A stretch of DNA of 64,000 nucleotides from contig CM106585.1 of assembly GCA_048013815.1 (NCBI GenBank), positions 13,950,001 to 14,014,000 on the forward strand. Reading direction: 5' to 3'. The notes below the pieces were generated by a model, which did not search any database, had not been told where the DNA came from, and worked only from the letters and a program-made list of their open reading frames with translations. The translations under genes were made by a program, and so were the position numbers. The first letter of the stretch is position 1. Each line of letters starts with the position of its first letter. Below, in pieces: positions 59,862 through 64,000 of the stretch. This DNA comes from Setoptus koraiensis. Taxonomy: Eukaryota; Animalia; Arthropoda.

Positions 59862-62800
59862 CTATATGTCACCAAATATTCCGGCAAATGTTTTGCGTAA
59901 ATTCTTCATGGTGTCATCGGGATTGGCCTCAGTATTTTGCTGCTGCTGCGAATCGAATTGCCCATTTTGTTGTTGTTGTAATTGTTGTTGTTGTTGTTGC
60001 ATGGTTGATTTCGCCAAATCGCTATTTTGGTTAATAAGTGATTGGCGATCGTCTGTAACACTTTGGCTGTTGGTCAGTATAGAGTTTGATGATGTGGCCG
60101 ACAGGGCTCTGTTGACAGGCGGCGGGGGCTTCGGTGGCGGAACTGATGGACCCGTTGTTACTACTGTTGCCGTAGTTGTGGTGGGCTGACTAACGGCACT
60201 CATCGGTGCCACCGACACAAAAGGTTCCTCAACAGAATCAACGCCCAAGCCCGACAGTTTGTCTTGGCTACCGGAAGTAGATGATGATCCAAGCAACGAC
60301 GAGAAGGATTCTTGTCTTGAGTCTAGACGCCGGAAAAAGTTCATTGATTTGCTTTGGAATGAACTAATGGCACTGGCCGCCGCCGATTGTGTTTGATCCA
60401 TAAATGATGTTACAGAGGTGGGCTTAACACCAGCTTGGCCCCCGGTCTGATCTGGTGCGCCGGCCAAAATTGTTTGACTGCCGCTCAAATTGATCGGTTT
60501 CGGCTGGTAATCGGCAGCTCGCTTGAAATCTTTGGTTGCATCGGTTGCGGGTTCACGCGAGCCTCGCCTAGGCAACGGGGGCCTAGTAAGTATTGCGTCA
60601 GAGCCAACGGAAACGGATTGACTTCTGCCAGTGAGCGAGGGCACTCTGTTGCTTGTTGTTGTACGTTCCATATCTAATATATCTGTTACGGCTGTTACAC
60701 CACTGTTGCTGGTCATCAGATTGCCATTGGTGGCGATTGACTCCAGTTGCGATACAGCTCTATTTTTAGAATCCCTGCGAAATGAAATAGTGGAATGAAG
60801 AGCAATGGAAGACGCAAGATTAGACAATATAGATTAGATGATGTGATATAATGATATAATTGTTAGTTGAGGCTAGACGATACGCACAATAACTGATTCA
60901 TATGACCTATCACTAGTTCGGCCACTGTCCTTCTGTCTTCGTCGAGATTATCACTAACCAGATCCATGCTGCAATCAGATATCTGTGTGGTTGCGACGAT
61001 GGATGAACGGTGGTCATTCGTGGATAATTTCGTGGTTAATTGGTGTGGTTAATTGAAAAAAGAAAAAAATTAATCATCATTGTAATATCGTATTATTAGA
61101 GTATTGTTAGAGCATTACTAGAGAGATATTTACCCCGATGATGTAATCCTTGTCTTCCACGTTGTTGATAAGCGCCTTTATGCTAAACATCTCTAGGCCA
61201 CCGCGGCTTTTGAAATGCTCGTCTACGGCCTCTATCCAGCGTCTGTATCGTTCGGTCAATTGCACCGGCTCATAGTTCACCAGAGGCTGTTGCCTAATGG
61301 CGTTTCCTGTGTTCGTTTGTTGTTGACCAGCTCCGAAGGCCTGATTAAACGATCCGCCGGCCGTCGATTGGAGAGTGGCCAATATCGAGGAACCAACACC
61401 GGTTGCCTGTTGTTGTTGTTGCTGCAAATGATGCTTATTCCAGGAGGTCCTTCTCGTTATGATAGGCTGATCACTGGCCGTTATTTGACCCGTTCTTCTC
61501 ATATAAGCCTTCATACATTTTGCACCGATTTTCTGCACCAGTAAATCACATCCGGCATCCACAAACGGCTCTATTGTACACGCGGCCTTGTTCATGGCCA
61601 CAATAGAGGCCAGCTCGAGCAACATCTGACCACTGTCCACTTTTATTTTGCCCCGACCGCTTGGTCCGATGCGAATCAAGCAAGGATAAGTTATTGTTCC
61701 ATTGTTGATTTGTTGTACCTAGAATAATAATAATATTACACATTATATAGTAGTAATTGGCATATTCACGCGTGAATACGGGCACATTAGCATCAGAATA
61801 TCAATCACAGGTGCTAGGATGAAAGCCAATTTTTATTGGCAAGCTAACAATACTCACCAGCTCCAGATGACTCTGGCAATAGATTTGGTTTATGAGCGGA
61901 AATTTGTCTCGGCCGAGACGTTGCTGTATCTGGCTGAGATGAGAAAAAGTCCAGCTTTTGTCTTGGAATATGTGCCATAAATCGGCGCTCTCCAACATAG
62001 GTAACAGGCCATAGTTGAGGCCAATCACAATATTCTTGAAATGGTCAAGTCTGTCCTTGGTTCGTTGTCTCACAAGCACATAGTCGGGCTTGACAACTCT
62101 GGAGAGATTTCAGTCAGAATGCAGTCGATGTTAGTTACAATAACAACAATAATAAACAATAATAATTGAGCGATAATTGAAAGCATTAGTGTCGACTCAC
62201 CTGCTCGACTTGTGACTCCTGCTGCTGTTCAGATAAATAGCCGTTGGCTCATTGGCGAGGCAAGAGTTAGACACGACGGATATCTCTCTGAAATCGGCCT
62301 ACAACATCATACAGTACAATTGAAAACAGAGATATATTAACACAATTATTAACAAACGAAATACCACGAGACTACGAGCCGATGTCGACAAGTCAACATC
62401 AATAGCTGGGTGCAATTGCAATGAGTGAAATTAAATAATAATTCATTAATGAGCTTGGGCCTACCTGTTCGACTATCAACTCGGATATATTGCTGCCAGT
62501 GGAATCTGACGACGACGAAAACGACGAGAATAGCGCCGACGAGGTGGCTCCCACCGAGGAAAAGGTCGACTTTTGTTGCACTTTCTTGAAATATTTAGCC
62601 CAGTCCGTGTGATAGCCATCTATTACAAACAATGTCTGCTGTTTTGGTATCGCTGACTGGCCATTGGTGCTGCCACCACCAAAATTGGTTGTCCTGTTAA
62701 TAATGGTGGTTGCGTTATTGGGTTGTTGCGTCGTTGCCGTCGGGGAATCAAATGGATTGCTAGAGGTGGCCGCTAATTGATTAATGGAGCTAGTGACATT

Positions 62801-63151
62801 TCCCGAAAATCTTTCAATGTTTGTGCTGGCCAAATTGGGCACTTGCTGTAATTGAGACGAAATGGACCCGACGGCGCTCTTGACACTGCCAACAGCGCCG
62901 CCCAGTCTGTCCGTAACGGAACTGGTGGTGACCGAGGTGGCCCTGGATAAAAACGAGCTGAAAGTTCTGGTGCTAGTGGGCGAACCAGGCGCACTGCTCG
63001 TGATACTGTTGGATCTTTGACTGGTGGCGGCTTGATGTTGCACCGGGGGCGCAGTTGTTGTTGTTGAGGTTGCTGTTGCGGTTGCTGTTGCTGTTGAAAA
63101 TGACGCACCGAACGGGTTTCGGCTCGAGCTGACAGGCTCGTCCTGATCCAT
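59862..63151 (-). CDS. Syn: Synapsin: join(62465-63151, 62201-62298, 61858-62098, 61134-61718, 60888-60982, 59862-60774)
   Basis: C-domain motifs LFVIDGYHTDWAKYF, KPDYVLVRQ, DKSWTFSHL...LGRDKFPLINQ, EPFVD...VQKIG...KAYMR; E-domain DTMKNLRKTFAGIFGDI as in insect synapsin. GT-AG junctions are phase-compatible (0,2,0,0,2). The donor at 60887 (gtgcgt) is the least certain. Confidence 0.9.
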
Positions 63152-64000
63152 GGGGCCGCCTGCTGTTACTCACGGAATAACGGATAACTGAAACTAATTA
63201 TACTAACTAATATTGTGGTATTGTTATATGTATGATATGATTCAATAATAGTATACGGTGATGCTGCAATGATGCGTCAGCTTGAGCGGCCGCTACTTGG
63301 CGTCCGATTATGTAATATTAATTGCATATTAATGTCGATGTCGATTCAACACAGCGACGGCTGCTGGCTCACCTGTGAAACATTTGTAACATTTGCAACA
63401 TTTGCACCATTTGCAGCATTTGCAACATTGATTGATGCGCGCGAGGCGATTAATTCTCAGTTAGGCCGATTCTCGGGGGCTGGGGCCAGGACGCCAACGC
63501 AAACAAATGCCAGTAGGGCCCAGTTCTTTAGCAGCGTTCAGTTCAGTTGTCAATGAGTCGTTGGCAGCGAGTTCTTTGTTGTTGCTGCTGTTGTGCTTTA
63601 GCAAACTGCTGCACATGCACTAGTGGCAGCATAAGTGGCGCTAGTGGGGCCCCGCCGTCCATTAATGGCAGCAGTGGGGGCGCTTTGTAGAGAACTAAGC
63701 GCCCACAATATATCGCACAATGCAAACACTCTCGTCGGGGGGACGCTTCGAGTGCACTACGGGTGCACCCAACACACATGTGCACTGCCGTGCTTTGCTA
63801 TTTGCCAGCCAGCCAGCCAGCCAGCCAGCCAACAACAACAGTCACTGTTGAACGGTGCGATATGCGTCGCCCGTTACGCAACTTCACAACTTGCACCGTT
63901 GGCCTCCATTGGCCGCCATCCGCTCCATTGGGGCCCCGCGACGTGCGCCGAGCCAGTGCGCGCCGCCTGCACGCTGTTTGGCGCTGCTGCACGCTGTTTG

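Noticed and set aside
59850-59864. Synapsin ends in TAG, recalling the amber readthrough of Drosophila synapsin
   Set aside because: Readthrough would add only T-F-C before a TAA, so there is no extended ORF.
1-64000. tRNA, rRNA, snRNA and conserved arthropod miRNA sequences
   Set aside because: Scanning by eye for diagnostic words (T-loop GTTCGA in a cloverleaf, U2/U6 starts, common miRNA matures) found no convincing match. A covariance-model search would be needed to exclude them.

Overview
Eukaryotic (arthropod) genomic DNA. The many intronless housekeeping genes and CAA/CA-rich low-complexity sequence suggest a mite, possibly an eriophyoid; this taxonomy is inference. The window has two regimes. 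(1) 1-38.7 kb holds a single minus-strand bHLH-PAS gene, the aryl hydrocarbon receptor/spineless ortholog. I assembled seven coding exons by hand (ATG at 23203, a 14.8-kb intron 2, 3' end running off the window start). About 15 kb of gene-free upstream DNA follows, rich in local tandem repeats and recurrent TF-like motifs. (2) 38.7-64 kb is a compact gene block: CNRIP1/CRIP1a-like (+, 2 exons), DNAJB12/14 (-), SURF4 (+), DIDO1/PHF3/pps-like PHD-TFIIS-SPOC (+), katanin p80 con80-domain protein without WD40 (+), TMED2 (-), DHTKD1 (+) and synapsin (-, 6 exons). The most striking unexplained structure is a diverged ~0.75-1.0 kb inverted duplication that brackets SURF4 and sits upstream of both divergently oriented neighbours. 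Other leads: 11 perfect TTACGTAA (PAR-bZIP D-box) palindromes in the AhR introns, three identical XRE-containing 12-mers upstream of AhR, 3' splice sites lacking polypyrimidine tracts, a SURF4 tail with RRR in place of KKK, and a synapsin with a degenerate ATP/Ca site. No rRNA, tRNA, CRISPR or intact transposon was recognised. Most short ORFs in the supplied track are artefacts of low-complexity repeats and alternative start codons.
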